Shown: positions 1-11,985 of the stretch, in pieces
Numbering within the stretch: position 1 is the first letter of the stretch
How the letters are laid out: the number at the start of each line of letters is the position of its first letter
Source of the DNA: Podarcis vaucheri
Lineage: Eukaryota
Reading direction: 5' to 3' (one strand)
Assembly: GCA_965113315.1 (NCBI GenBank)
Contig: OZ220363.1
Length of the DNA: 64,000 bases
Translations under genes and position numbers: made by a program
The notes under the pieces: generated by a model
The model's input: only the letters and a program-made list of their open reading frames with translations
Told to the model about the DNA's origin: nothing
Databases searched by the model: none

Positions 1-58
1 CCATCACTGAGATGCACAAGCTACACGCTGGGGCTCAGCATGATCCTTGAGTTCAAGC

Positions 59-410
59 TAGGGACCGGCAAATCATTCAGTTTCAATTCCTCTGCATTTC
101 TCATATCTCTCACCTTAAGTTTGTTTCAAAAGCATTTTTTAAAAGTCCCCGTGAAAATTCATCAGCATTTTAGTGCAAATTTCTCCCAACAAGCACATTT
201 TCCATGCACTCTTGCTTAATATGTACAATTTTGCAAAGTGGCTTCTCCACATATGAAGCATTTTAGTATATTATGTTCGTGAATACATGTTCCTTGGCTG
301 GACAAGTTCAAAGGATGGCTATGTTTAGGTTCGTGCATTGTTTCAGATCAGAAAGTGGAAACTAGGTAGGTCACCTGTAAATGTGGACAGAATCCACCCC
401 CCCCTAGTTC
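59..410. mobile_element. Old non-autonomous DNA-transposon-like repeat
   Basis: Reverse-complement similar to 37878-38515; TAGGG...CCCTA termini. Confidence 0.5.
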
Positions 411-1499
411 CAACTTTGTGGGCAGGGCACTTAGTGGCAAGATCTCATGCTTTTTGCATGCAGAAGATTCCAGTTTCAATCTCTGGCATCTCTAGGGCCT
501 CTCTGCAGAGGCTTTGCCAGTCAAAGACAAGAGCAGAGTGAAAGGGGGAGAGCGCGAACACCCTCTCTTCCTGCTTTATAGTTTGCAGGCAACTCTTTGA
601 ACAAACACCAGTGCTTATTTGCAGCACCCGGAAAACTCGTTATACTTCAGATCCCCAGGATAATTTTCTGGACATGTTCTTTTGTTTTCAAAGGGTAATC
701 CCGATGCCTTTCTACTGAAATTTTGTTCAGCAAACACCAACAATCCTAATGAATTATGGTGTGGCTGAGCAGTGCCCAATTCAAAGCCAGGACAAGGCAG
801 CTAGGCCAACATTCATTTGCAAGTGGCCACGCTGGAACCTGAGCAGGCACCAATTTCCCTGATAAAAGCCTCTTTGAGAGGAAGCCTTGATGAGTTCCAG
901 ATGCCAATCACCAGCCCTCCTCCTCAGTTCCATTGTTTTGGAGCCAGCTGTACTGAGCAGTCCAAGACTGTCCAGTCCTTAACTCATTGGTTGACCAAGC
1001 AAAAGAGCATCCAGCTGTGTTTTTAAATGCAATTCACAGGCACAGATTCCTCATAAGGATGACTGTGGAGAGTTTTAGCCTGGAAATATGTGGGATGGAG
1101 AAGGGGAATGATAAAAGTTTTGTTTTTTTCTTGATTGTCCTTCTGAGAAACTCATTAAAACAGGAAGTTACAAAATAATGATTATGTGGAATTTTCATCC
1201 AAGAAAATCATACAATACAGATAGCGGTGGTTGGTAAATGTTTTGACTTGGTATGGCTGCAATTTTTAACTTTGCTGTTTTCATCACAGTAGGATGTGTA
1301 TGTCAGTTATTTAGGAAAGTGTGCCATTACAGATGTGCAGTGTGCCACTGTCTCCTCTCTAATAAAAAAAAATCCCCATCAATTATTTGCTGCACATCTA
1401 TGGACAGAGAAAGAGCTTCCATGTAAGAGGGCCCAAGTATGATTTTCAGATAAGATTGATGCCATCTTGCTTATTTAGAAATGAAGTCATACCACATTA

Positions 1500-1759
1500 C
1501 AGTGGTACCTCTGGTTGTGAATGGGATCCATTCCCAAGGCCCGTTCGCAATGTGAAAAGCCTGCGACCTGAAGCGCCGTATCTACACAGGCGCATGGTGA
1601 AATTTGGTGCTTGTGCACATGTGCGAAGTGTGATTTAGCGCTACTGTGCATGCGCGAGTGGCGAAACCCAGAAGTAACCCTTTCCGGTACTTCCGGGTCG
1701 CCGCAGGACGCAACCTGAAAAAAGGTAACATGAAGCAGATGTAACATGAGGTATGACTG
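1500..1759. mobile_element. Tc1/mariner (Tigger-like) MITE
   Basis: TA|CAGTGGTACCTC...GAGGTATGACTG|TA termini with TA target duplication. Confidence 0.8.
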
Positions 1760-1999
1760 TACACATTTCCAGGGCTAGCCCACCCATGAGACAAGATGGG
1801 GCAATTGCCTCGGGTAGCAGGGTCTACCGGGGCAGCAGATCCTGATGTTGATCTTTCTCCCCACCCCCACCCCACCAAGTAGTTCCTGAAGCAGATCTTC
1901 TCTGGCCCCTTCTTCCCTGGAATAGAGGAGGAAAGGATGGGGTCATTTTGGAATCCTCCTCAGGTACCAAAATGTCTTGGGTAGGCCCTACATGTTACT

Positions 2000-2875
2000 A
2001 TCACATGGCATGTGCTATATGCACCCTCTTGCCACCCTCTAGACTTCCTGCAGTGCAGTTGGGGCAGGAATGGTGTTATATGCTCAAACTCTCTTGCCCC
2101 AGTGAGCAACCTGGCCTCTGAATTCTACACCAGCTAAAGTTTCCAAACCATCTTCAGAGGCAGCCTCATGTATAACACAATGCAGTAACCAAACCTAGAG
2201 GTTACCAGAACATAGATGACAGAAGTTATCTCTGTCCAGATAGGGGCACAGCAGGGCTATCAACCAAAGCTGATGGAAGCCACTCTGTGCCACTGAGACC
2301 ACCTGAGCTTCAAGTGACAACAGCAGATCCAGAAGTACCCGCAAGCTACATACCTGTTCCTTGAGAGGGAGTGTAACCCCATCAAGAACAGGTAATCTCC
2401 CATCCATCTGGTCTAGGGACCCACCCGCTAACAGTGCCCCAGTTTTATCTGGATTGAGCTTCAGTTTGTTAGGTCTCATCTAGCCTTTAAACAAGGCAAG
2501 ACAATGCATCCATCATATCCACTGCTATACCTGCAGGTGTAAAGAATTAGAGCTGTGTGTCATTGGGCATGTTGCTGATAATATTTTGCAAAACTCCGGA
2601 GAACCCCACTCAGCAGTTTCACGTAGAAGTTAAACAGCATGGGAGATGAAATTGAACCTGGGGGAACCAACATGGAAGGCTCCACAGGGCCGAAGAGCAC
2701 TCCCCAAGCACCACCCTCTGGAAACAAGCATCCAAGTAGGACTGGAAGCACAGCAAAGTGGGGCCACCCACCTCTAACTTGGACAGCTGCTCCAGAAGGA
2801 TACCATGGCTGATGGTACTGAAAGCCACTGAGAGATCAAGGAAAATTAACAGGGTCCATTTCCCCTGCCTCTCTC
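2000..2875 (-). mobile_element. Degenerate L2 LINE ORF2 (reverse transcriptase) fragment
   Basis: Broken frames contain AFSTISHGILL and MRPNKLKLNPDKT...LKEQVCSLRVLLD, typical of CR1/L2-clade RT. Confidence 0.8.
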
Positions 2876-3126
2876 CCGAAAGAGGTCATCACACATGCTT
2901 TCTAGGCATGAGGCAAGCACAAGTCTGGATGAGCCTTTACTTGAGCTCTCCAGCAAGTGTGACTTGTGGTTCTTCTGCTTAGAGGCATCTTCTTCTCTGG
3001 AATACAGTGGCAGTGCCTGCACTTCCTGCACACTCTGATCTGAAATCTATGGGCTAGTCCTGTTCAGACGGAAGAATTCTATTTTGAGGCTCCTGCATAA
3101 CCAGATATAGGATCACAATTCATATA

Positions 3127-3336
3127 CAGTGGTACCTCAGGTTAAGTACTTAATTTGTTCCGGAGGTCCGTTCTTAACCTGAAGCACCACTTTAGCTAAT
3201 GGGGCCTCCTGCTGCCGCCATACTGCCAGAGCACGATTTCTTTTTCTCATCCTGAAGCAAAGTTCTTAACCCGAGGTAATATTTTTGGGTTAGCGGAGTC
3301 TGTAACCTGAAGCGTATGTAACCCGAGGTACCACTG
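3127..3336. mobile_element. Tc1/mariner MITE
   Basis: CAGTGGTACCTC...GAGGTACCACTG TIRs with TA TSD. Near-identical to 11334-11559, 28237-28467 and (inverted) 45237-45438. Confidence 0.85.
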
Positions 3337-3668
3337 TATGTCAGTAGGGTACTCAAAGAATTTTATACCATCAAGTTGAAAGCTGTTGCTGCTGGTGGTA
3401 AGAATTTAAACCTCACTTTAAGCTTGGGGCAACTGCTCTAGGAAATAGTGAAAGATGAACCTACTGCCTAGCTTCTCTGCTCTGTAATATATTAAATTGC
3501 AACAACTTCCAGCTACTGAAACATGGTCTTCGTGACCCTATGGGTAGAGGTTAGTCATCCTAGCTTGCCATTCTAAATAGACTTTAACTCCTTTTGTACA
3601 GGTGGAAGGGCAGGCATGCTGGTGGAAATCCAGCTCTCTTTGCATATTTGATCAGTGCAATATCTATA

Positions 3669-3898
3669 CAGTCATACATTGGTTTTCAAATGCCATGGGA
3701 GTCGAATGTTTTAGCTCCCTAAAGATTGAAAACTGGAGGTGATTGTTCCAGTTTTCAAACATTCTTTGGAATTCGAACGCCCGACGTGACTTCCGCGGCT
3801 TCCTGCAGCCAATTGGAAGCCGCGTCTTGGTTCCCAAACGTTTTGGAAGTCGAACGGACTTCTGGAACGGATTCCGTTTGACTTCCAAGGTACCACTG
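3669..3898. mobile_element. Tc1/mariner MITE (different subfamily)
   Basis: TA|CAGTCATAC...GGTACCACTG|TA. Confidence 0.8.
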
Positions 3899-3989
3899 TA
3901 GTAATAATTTTACTGCCAACATCTTTTAGTCTAGATTAACAAATCTAAATGCTAACAGCAATTACAAAGAGAGGCTCATTTCAGATATG

Positions 3990-4433
3990 TGGTAAAATAA
4001 AGTGAACATATCACATCATTTATTTGGAATGGCTACATTAATGCAAAAAGCAACATTAAGACAGCTATTTGCTTAAAAAGCATTCATCAAAATAAATACA
4101 AAATATTGATACTACAAATAATTTAAACTATGTCTTTCCTCCCCACCAGGTGGTGTAGGATAGTCTTTGCATCTTATAAATATAAAACAAAATAGCAGTT
4201 TGCAAAGTGGGCCTCCTCTTCAGTTGGCCAGACTTTGTGTTTGTCAAAAGTTTCTTTGGTTTGCAAAAGCCTTTCAGCAAAGATTTGGCTCTCCTGCTCA
4301 GCAGCCTCATCAGATCCGAAGAGATCTAGCAGTTGCTGGCATCCTTCTTTGCTTTCCTTCATTGGTACCTTGCTCCGGTGCACTTGAATCACAGTCAAAG
4401 ACACTTGGTCCTGTTGTCATCCAGAATAATGTT
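3990..4433 (-). other. PHLDA2: Non-coding exon 2 (3'UTR) of PHLDA2 copy B; intron 4434-6893
   Basis: On the minus strand: donor AAG|GTGAAG at 6894/6893; branch-like GCTGAC, a pyrimidine tract and CTATAG| acceptor at 4435-4434; AATAAA at 4024-4019. Aligns to 44363-44820. The 3' end is approximate. Confidence 0.8.
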
Positions 4434-6928
4434 CTATAGATGGGGAGGGAGAGAAAGGTAAGAGGAAGTCAGCAAAATGACGAAGACCAAGTAGAAATCT
4501 CAAACTGGTTTTTAAAAAATAATAAGAGCCTTGTGGCATCTAAAAGCAGAGGTGGCCAACTTACAGGCTATGTAAGAGGTCATCTGTGGTCTCCATAACC
4601 ACACTATATATTTTTTGAAATTATATTGCTGGTTTGTTTGTTTTTTAAATGATTCTTTCTATAGGTCCTCTGTTGTAATACCATGATGACAAAAAGTCCC
4701 TACAACTCCCTCCCCTCATTTTTATAATAAACAAATGTTTTTTACTGACTATTCCCATGGATCCTGATGTGATTTTTGGCTGCAGCCATTTTGACTCATG
4801 GGCAACACTTTGGGAGTCAGTGAGGTCCTTGGCCTCAAAGTAACTAGTTATCATTGCCTGAAGAATTAACAAGTTGATTTACAGCAAAGGTTTTTATGGA
4901 CCAAAATTTGCAAATGCTTTTGCCATGATAAACCTATTAATTTTTAATTAATAATTTTTCTAAGCGTCATAAAGCTATTTTTGATGCAGCAGACTAAAAT
5001 GACTGCTCCTCTGATAAATGCTTGAATACAAAATGAAGCAGCAGCTAATGTTGCATTTCTTAAGTTTCAGTGTAGGTTGCAGACGAGTCTTTCTGCCATA
5101 TAATTAGTGGGATTAGGGTGAGAGGAGAACAATTGCTAGTGAATGTTTTAGGCAGAGTCCTCCAATTTGCAGAAACTAGAGTCAATGGAAATAGGAGCAG
5201 TACACTGGGGGGGGGGGAATCCCCTCTTTTCAAATGGCATAGCAGGCAGCATTCAAAGTTGTCCAAAGGCACATTCACAATAAATCCCCAAGTTGACATT
5301 AGAGCACTAGGCAGTGGCTCTGAAACATTTACTGCCACAGACCACATGAAACCTGTTGAGGGTGTTGGCAGACCACTTAATGATTTTTCTGCCTGTCGTA
5401 GGAATTATAGGGTGCTGTGTGCTAGATGCTGTATGATTTAAATGCATTTTTATTGCTTCTTTTATTTCTTATATTGTACTGTATTACATATACAATGTTG
5501 AATATAAGAAATAAAAGAAGCATCAAAAGTACATTTAAAAATCAGTATATTTAAAGTGATCAGTGTGCCGGCTCCTGCCTTCTGCCACACACCCTGTGGA
5601 CCACCTGAATGAAGCTCATGGACCACAGTTTGGGGACAGAGCATCTCAGCAATGCAATCCTAAACATATCTCCTAAGTCACTAACAGTTCAGTTTGTAGG
5701 AATTGTGATCAGGTCTGCAAAAAACTTGCTCTGGCATAATAAGCACTAAGAGCTTACAAGGCCATCAACCTTCATACTTTGAAGTATCCTTGCTGAAGCC
5801 CAACATGTTTTGCAGCTTCAAGAGCAACTGAATACACCTCCATTATAGTTTAATTACATTTTTACATGAAAGATTTCTGGTCAGTCAGAAGAGAAGCACA
5901 CACTACACAGTCTATGTGGGCCAGCCCTATGTGGCACCAACAGGGTGCATAGAATTCTGTGCAGGAAAGACCCTTTGCCACTTTCCAAGAATCATGGTCT
6001 AGTTTCTCTGGAGATCATGGACTTTGGCCTGAAACACACACTCAAGACTTCTTGCTTACTTTTTTCCTGTCAAAAATCGCTCTCCCTGCAAAGCCAGTCC
6101 TCCCCCACCTCTAGCCTCCTCTTTTGGTTTGCAGCATACATGGCTGCAGTTTTGCAATCATGGACCACCACATGTTCTGTAATTGTTCTGCCCTTAAAAG
6201 TCCCAGGGGTGGCTGCTTGCAGGGAGCATCACCCTCATCTCGCTCCAGCTGAGTTAGTGCAAACTTCAGCTTTGCCTGCATGTTGCACAAACACATTTTG
6301 TGCATTCCCATAGCAATGGCTCTAAAAGGAAGCTGCCTTATACAGAATCACCCATCTCAGGGTTGTCAGCAGCCCCCTCGGTTTCCAGAGGGGTTTTTCT
6401 CCCACTCCTATCTGGAGATGCCAGGGAGTGAACAAAGCAGATGCTCTACCCCGGAGTGACTGCACTTCTCCTCCTCCCAAGTGCACTGGGCACTTGGGCT
6501 GACGCTGGTCCGCCAACAAGCGGCAAGAGGGGCTTGGGAGGAAGAAGAGAAGAGGCAGTTCAGCAACGGGGCGCCCTAAGGCCTGTCCCCACTTGGCGGC
6601 TGCTGGTTCTTTGTCTCCGCAGCCCAGGAAGCTAGAAGTTTTTCCGAACACCGCACCTCCGGTGGAGTTTGCGGAGTCGACTTCGATCCAATTCCTTGTC
6701 CCTTCAAATCTCGCCCACCTCCGCCTTTGTTACTAAGTTTATTCCAACCGCAGCCTATATATGCAAAAGGCTCCTCGATCGGGACTAACCTCCAGCCCAC
6801 TTTAGTGCACAAAACGAAGAAGCCACCGGCTCACGATGGGCGAGCCCCCAGCCTCCCCTCATCCCGCCGCGCATCTCCTGCTCCCTCCTTCACCTTTGGT
6901 CTCTCGCTCGGGGGCGCGCGTGTCGGGC

Positions 6929-7357
6929 TCAGGGCGCGCGCGCGAGGCGCCTGTCCCGGGTGGCGGCGGCCGCGTGCTCGGCGGCCTCCTGGCGGCTCTT
7001 GAAGTCCTCGATGGCGCGCTTGTTCTGGAAGTCGATGAGCGCCATGGTGATGGAGGCGTTCCAGCAGCTCTCGCCCGGGCACCGAAAGTCGATCTCCTTG
7101 CGGTCCGTCGTGACGATGGTGAAGTACACGTACTTGCCCGTCCGCTCCACGCAGTCCACCTTCTGGATGGAGCCGAAGCGCAGCTCCTTCCCGCCGCCGC
7201 CCCGGGCCTTGCCGGCCTCGGGCGAGAAGAGGCTCAGGCTGTCCTTGCTCAGCACCACCGCCTTCTTCTTCCACAGCTGGAAGAGGCTGTCGCTGCGCTT
7301 CTCCAGCTCGCCCTCGCGGATCACCTCCGACGGCGACGCGGAGCCCGGGCCCTTCAT
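6929..7357 (-). CDS. PHLDA2: Pleckstrin homology-like domain family A member 2, duplicate copy (copy B), 142 aa, CDS entirely in exon 1
   Basis: [32 protein letters not shown]...[49 protein letters not shown] has the PHLDA2 PH-domain signature ([18 protein letters not shown]; [22 protein letters not shown]). ATG at 7357-7355 in context AGCATGA, TGA at 6931-6929. Lies in a CpG island. Confidence 0.95.
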   Translation of the reverse strand: MKGPGSASPSEVIREGELEKRSDSLFQLWKKKAVVLSKDSLSLFSPEAGKARGGGGKELRFGSIQKVDCVERTGKYVYFTIVTTDRKEIDFRCPGESCWNASITMALIDFQNKRAIEDFKSRQEAAEHAAAATRDRRLARAP

Positions 7358-7529
7358 GCTGCTGCTGCCGCTGCTGCTGCTCCCCGCGCTCGCCAACAGA
7401 GCCGCCGCACCGAGATCGCCTCGAGGGACCAGCGCCAAGGCCACGCTCGCCCACCTGCCTGTCTTGCCTGCCTGTCTCCCGCCGGCTCCGCGACGCTGCT
7501 GGGATTCGCTGTGCGCTTTGCGAGAGAAG

Positions 7530-7620
7530 AGAACCATTTATGGCCTTGGAGAGACGTCCCAGACCCCGCCCTGCGAGCCCCGCCCCGCCTGCCGGCTCCG
7601 TCGCCCCGCCCACGCCAGAC
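7530..7620 (-). promoter_or_regulatory. Core promoter of PHLDA2 copy B (CATAAA TATA-like box, several GC boxes)
   Basis: Minus-strand CATAAA at 7542-7537, preceded by GGGCGGGG motifs. The same order and similar flanks occur at 41488-41530. Confidence 0.65.
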
Positions 7621-7843
7621 TGCCCCCCCCCCCGCGTTCTCTCTCTCAATTCCCCACGGTCTAACCCATCGTCGTTCAACTCTGCACTGACAATCTTCTT
7701 TTAGCCATCATCACCACTGCAGGTGTTGCCCTGCAATGGTCATTGCAAAAGTGGTGTGCAGGACCTGACAATGACTTTCCCATCCCCACCCCCTTCCCAG
7801 CTAGGAGTGCTGGCTTTCACTAGATTCTCGATTATTATTGCAC

Positions 7844-8176
7844 CCTCTGTGGGTTAAACCACAGAGCCTAGGGCTTGCCGATCAAAAGGTCAGTGGTTCA
7901 AATCCCCGCGTCGGGGTGAGCTCCCATTGCTCGGTCCCTGCTCCTGCCAACCTAGCAGTTCGAAAGCACGTCAAAGTGCAAGTAGATAAATAGGTACCGC
8001 TCCGGTGGGAAGGTAAACGGCGTTTCCATGCGCTGCTCTGGTTCGCCAGAAGCGGTTTAGTCATGCTGGCCACATGCTGTACGCCAGCTCCCTTGGCCAA
8101 TAAAGTGAGATGAGCGCCGCAACCCCAGAGTCGGTCACGACTGGACCTAATGGTCAGGGGTCCCTTTATCTTTTTT
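7844..8176 (+). mobile_element. Sauria SINE (Squam1-type), about 200 bp upstream of the copy B promoter
   Basis: tRNA-like head (GGTTCAAATCC B-box), body CCTGCCAACCTAGCAGTTCGAAAGCA...GTAGATAAATAGGTACC, 3' end GGTCAGGGGTCCCTTTA. Confidence 0.85.
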
Positions 8177-9838
8177 ATGGCTGGTAGCCGAACATGTGAC
8201 CTGATAACACTGAAAAACGTTGCATATACAGTATTTGTGATGGGCCATTCAGAGGCACAAACCCTTACTTCAGCCCCATTCAGGTGCATGCAGAGCTGGG
8301 TGGAAAGTGAATTGCCTTGGCAGACTTTGTTAGGTCCAGTAGATCCTGGTGGTATCACTGAAGGTGCATAAGCCTATAAGCCTGTGGACTGAGAGTCCTG
8401 CTTTTGGGAGAGGGGTTGGGGGGATTGACCCTGTCTCAGCCATCATGAATTCATGGAGTGCTGGATCTTGTCTGCAAAGGACTTTGATGTTGTAGTCAAC
8501 ACATGTGGAACATGCATGTCTGAGCCAGCCCCAAAGGGATGCTTCACAGTTGACATCTTAAGGAGTAAACCTTAAACGTTTTGTGAGTTATATGCAAAAA
8601 AGCGAGAACCACAAAGCTGCGTTTGCAAACGTGTATTATACACTTACTAAGTGCACTCAACAAAGCACTGGAATGAAGTGTGGCTCCATAAAATGAAAAA
8701 GAAAAGAAAAGAGGAAAATGAGACTGGCCTGTGGCAGACAAAAATAGAAAAGCAAAACAGAGAAATCCAACTGAAAATGTAGAAAAAGGAATATGTGATT
8801 GAAATAGCCCACAAATAATGGGAAAGATTATTGGCACTATGTTGCTGCAGATTGATACCGTGCACAATAAAACATAACATAAACACATCAACTGATACAC
8901 AGAATAATTATGAATTCACAAGGTGATTTTACAGGCACAAGTGCTGGACTTGTGGGTATACATGTAAACAGAGCTCTTCCCACTTCCCACTAATTCCAAA
9001 TGAGCTCAAGAGCTGCATAGCTGAATGTTTAAAAACTGCAACTGCATGCCCAAGTGTTTTGATAGGGATTAAGTGTCCCAGTCTCCTGAAGCCTTATTGT
9101 ACACAGACAAAAAGTTGTCGATTCCATGCCTTGGAAATGACGATAGGGACAAAGAAAATGACGCAGAGTACTACAGCAAGGGAGAAGATTAACAGCCAGT
9201 TCTTTAGTCTGCTGTTTCTTCAGCTTGTGTGGATGTTTTTTTTGGGATTGATTGTTCTCTGTGTTAAGAGAGTGAGCCACGAACCTGCAAGTCCCTGGTT
9301 TGACTTAGGTGAAAGCCACCTGCACCTCTCTCTGCCTCACAGCTTCAGTCCCTGCCACATCTGCAACATGGCAGATAATGGCCAGTTCCACTGGCAGAAG
9401 CCCACACAAGGGCTTCTGCTAGCGTAATGGGGCTTCCCCCCTCTTCCCCCGCCCCCCTCAAATTGGCTCTCAGTGGGTTGGGAGAAGCGCAGAGCAGTGC
9501 ACAGGAGAGCAGGGGGCATCGTTCCATCTGGCAAGCCAAAATGCTTGCACTGAAGAAAGGATTGCCATCATGCTATGCTGAATTTCACCCTCCAGTTTCT
9601 GACTCACAGTAGCAGTGGATAACCCATCTCCTGCCAGAAGTTGGACTCTAAACTCCCATAAGCCACAGCCAGTGGCGCTCCAATGTGGAATGCCCTGCCT
9701 AGCTACAGTATGTTCACCCACTTCCCCAACAGCAAAGTTTTTCTATGTTTTGGGGAGGAGTTTCCAGATGCCAGCCCTTTACGCTACAAGCTGATCCTTG
9801 TTGAGACTGAGCAGCTGAGTATTCGTCATTGGCACCCC

Positions 9839-9839
<1 letters not shown>

Positions 9840-9885
<46 letters not shown>

Positions 9886-10250
9886 AAAACATTTTTATTA
9901 AGTTTCCATTTTATATAAATATAACACACTCAAATTTTTCACCTTATATTCCACTCTCGCTAGCACTTGACTCCCCTCTCTCCCAGCCCATGATTGCCTT
10001 AAATTATATCTTTTAAAATTGCATTTCATATTTCCCTTCTTTACTTTCTATTCAATTCTGATAATCACAAAATTATATTAATTATAAATCAGTGCTTTCT
10101 ATAAACTATCAAGCTATAAATCAGTCCTGTCAGTGTTGTTAAATGTTTACAATTATATTTCAAATACTCTGTAAACTTATTCCAGTCTTTATGAAACGTT
10201 TGATCCATCTGCTTTCTTTTAGATGTCTGGCAAATACGTTTTTATTCAAC
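9840..10250 (-). mobile_element. L1-type LINE 3' end with (GAAA)n tail
   Basis: (TTTC)n at 9840-9883 next to a minus-strand AATAAA; AT-rich 3'UTR similar in style to 32580-32970. Confidence 0.5.
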
Positions 10251-10944
10251 TGGGCCCTTCAAACACCTTGGTCATTTTAAATTCTGATTTTTTATTTGCT
10301 GCTTTTCTGCAATCCTATCCATCAGCAGTGGGTTGGTTGGTTTCATTTTCTTTGTTCCCCTCAGAAATAAAGGCTCTGTGCAGCACACATGTAAAGCATA
10401 TTACCCCCCCCCCAATGAAACCTGTGGACTATAGTTTGTTAAGGGTTCTGGGAACTGTAGCTCTATAAGTGGTAAAATACAATTTCCAGGATTATTTGAA
10501 GGGTGTGTGTGCACTTTGAATGTATGGTGTGGATGCAGACAATCTCGCAAGTACACCAAATGGCTCTCTACGCCTTCAGCTCACCTTCCTTTATAATGCG
10601 ACAGTCTCTCTCCCTTCTGCTCCCCTCCTTCATTTTTCCTGCCAACATACTGCATTGCCCACCTCTTCCCCCTCATAGCCTTGACTTCAAGGCTGACCCA
10701 AGGCAATTTGTAGCCTGAGGCAAAAAACAAGATGACACCTTCCACTTTCCCTTTCCATATTCAGAAACTGCCTAGAATGGCATTTGACGCTTCTTACTTC
10801 AATACTGGCGAACAGCCACAAGGCTGCCCCACCCCACCCCCAGCATTCACGTCTAAGGCAGCCACCTCACTCTGCCTAACGGCAGGCCAGGCCTTGCTCT
10901 CCTTGCCTCCCTTCTCTTCAGACATTTTCTTCCCGCTCCTTCTT

Positions 10945-11070
10945 TGGCTCACTTGTACCTCGCAGCATGACTCGCCTCAGGAATGCAGCTGTTGCCTCGC
11001 CCACTATCTATGAGTCAGCGGCAGCCTTGGAATTCTCTCTGCAGGTTTCATTCAGCTGTTGGGCTGGGCC
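10945..11070. promoter_or_regulatory. Putative enhancer upstream of PHLDA2 copy B (paralog of 39913-40040)
   Basis: AGGAATG (TEAD-type) joined to CAGCTG (E-box), TGAGTCA (AP-1) at 11011-11017, and a second CAGCTG. Closely alignable to 39913-40040. Confidence 0.55.
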
Positions 11071-11333
11071 CCGGATAGTGGGAGAAGAAGAGGTAGGCCT
11101 TTCGAATGCAAATGCCACGGGAAAGCCGTTCTTTTGCTGCAGGAAACGTGGAAGACGACTTCACTTTTAGGTTCGCTAAGCTTAGCCGATCAACTCAGTC
11201 ATGCTTTTCTTGTGAGGATGCTTTCAGAGGAGGACATGGTCACCTCAATGTTTGCCCATTTGGGCTGGCTCCCTCACTGGTGTGTTCCCTTCCAAAAAAC
11301 CCAATTTCTTCATGGTCTAGGTTCATAGAGGTA

Positions 11334-11559
11334 CAGTGGTACCTCGGGTTAAGAATTTAATTCATTCTGGAGGTCTGTTCTTAACCTGAAACTGTTCTTA
11401 ACCTGAAGCACCACTTTAGCTAATGGGGCCTCCTGCTGCCACTATGCTGCCAGAGCACAATTTCTGTTCTCACCCTGAAGCAAAGTTCTTCACCCGAGGT
11501 ACTATTTCTGGGTTAGCGGAGTCTGTAACCTGAAGCGTATGTAACCTGAGGTACCACTG
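11334..11559. mobile_element. Tc1/mariner MITE
   Basis: CAGTGGTACCTC...GAGGTACCACTG with TA TSD. Confidence 0.85.
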
Positions 11560-11784
11560 TACATACATGTGCAAGCCAGTCACTTGTTTCCACAAGCCTC
11601 GCCAATCTCAGGAGGAGATTGGTGTGGTAGCATGTAAGCATTCAGAAATACGTTTTGGGTGCCTATCTCAATGCACAAATGGGTGGTGCCAATGCTTTGA
11701 TATGGAGAATGTATTTCATACATTCATTAATTAATTTGAAACATACACATCCTTCTATTCTTCAGAATGGTGCCAAATGTAGGC

Positions 11785-11985
11785 GAGGAGCTTGGTGTAG
11801 TTGTTGTACTGGGAGACCGGGGTTCAAATCCCCTCTTAGCCATGAATTTCACTGGGTGACCTTGAGCCAGGCACCGTCTCTCAGTCAAACGTACCTCACA
11901 GAGTTGTTGTGAGGATAACATGGAACAGAGAGAAAACCATGTATGCCACCTTGAGCGCCTGAGAGATGGGCGCTAAATGCCACAA
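11785..11985 (+). mobile_element. Old tRNA-derived SINE
   Basis: TGGTGTAGTTG A-box, GGTTCAAATCC B-box, and GGGTGACCTTG...ACCTCACAG..TTGTTGTGAGGATAA core. Confidence 0.7.

Larger units (their letters stand above)
6560..7680. promoter_or_regulatory. CpG island over PHLDA2 copy B exon 1
   Basis: Very high GC and CpG density against a CpG-depleted background. Confidence 0.85.

Noticed and set aside
4174-4361. Downstream ORF MKESKEGCQQLL... in copy B exon 2
   Set aside because: The paralogous ATGAAGGAAAGCAAA in copy A hits TAG after 8 codons and is frameshifted, so the similarity is explained by UTR homology.
7358-7537. 60-aa in-frame N-terminal extension of copy B (ORF 6929-7537 from MVLFSRK)
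   Set aside because: The ATG overlaps the CATAAA box, so it probably lies upstream of the TSS. Copy A has AGG at that position and a 4-nt indel in the 5'UTR.
6831-7690. Long alternative-frame and antisense ORFs (234-289 aa) over both PHLDA2 exons, also at 41452-42321
   Set aside because: Shadow ORFs expected from extreme GC3 and CpG-island composition; low complexity, and their ends differ between the copies.
10732-11013. Shared peptide PQECSCCLAHYL in ORFs 10732-11013 and 39821-40060
   Set aside because: A 4-nt indel breaks the frame between copies and there are no consistent splice sites. The conserved bases coincide with TF motifs, so it is treated as non-coding.
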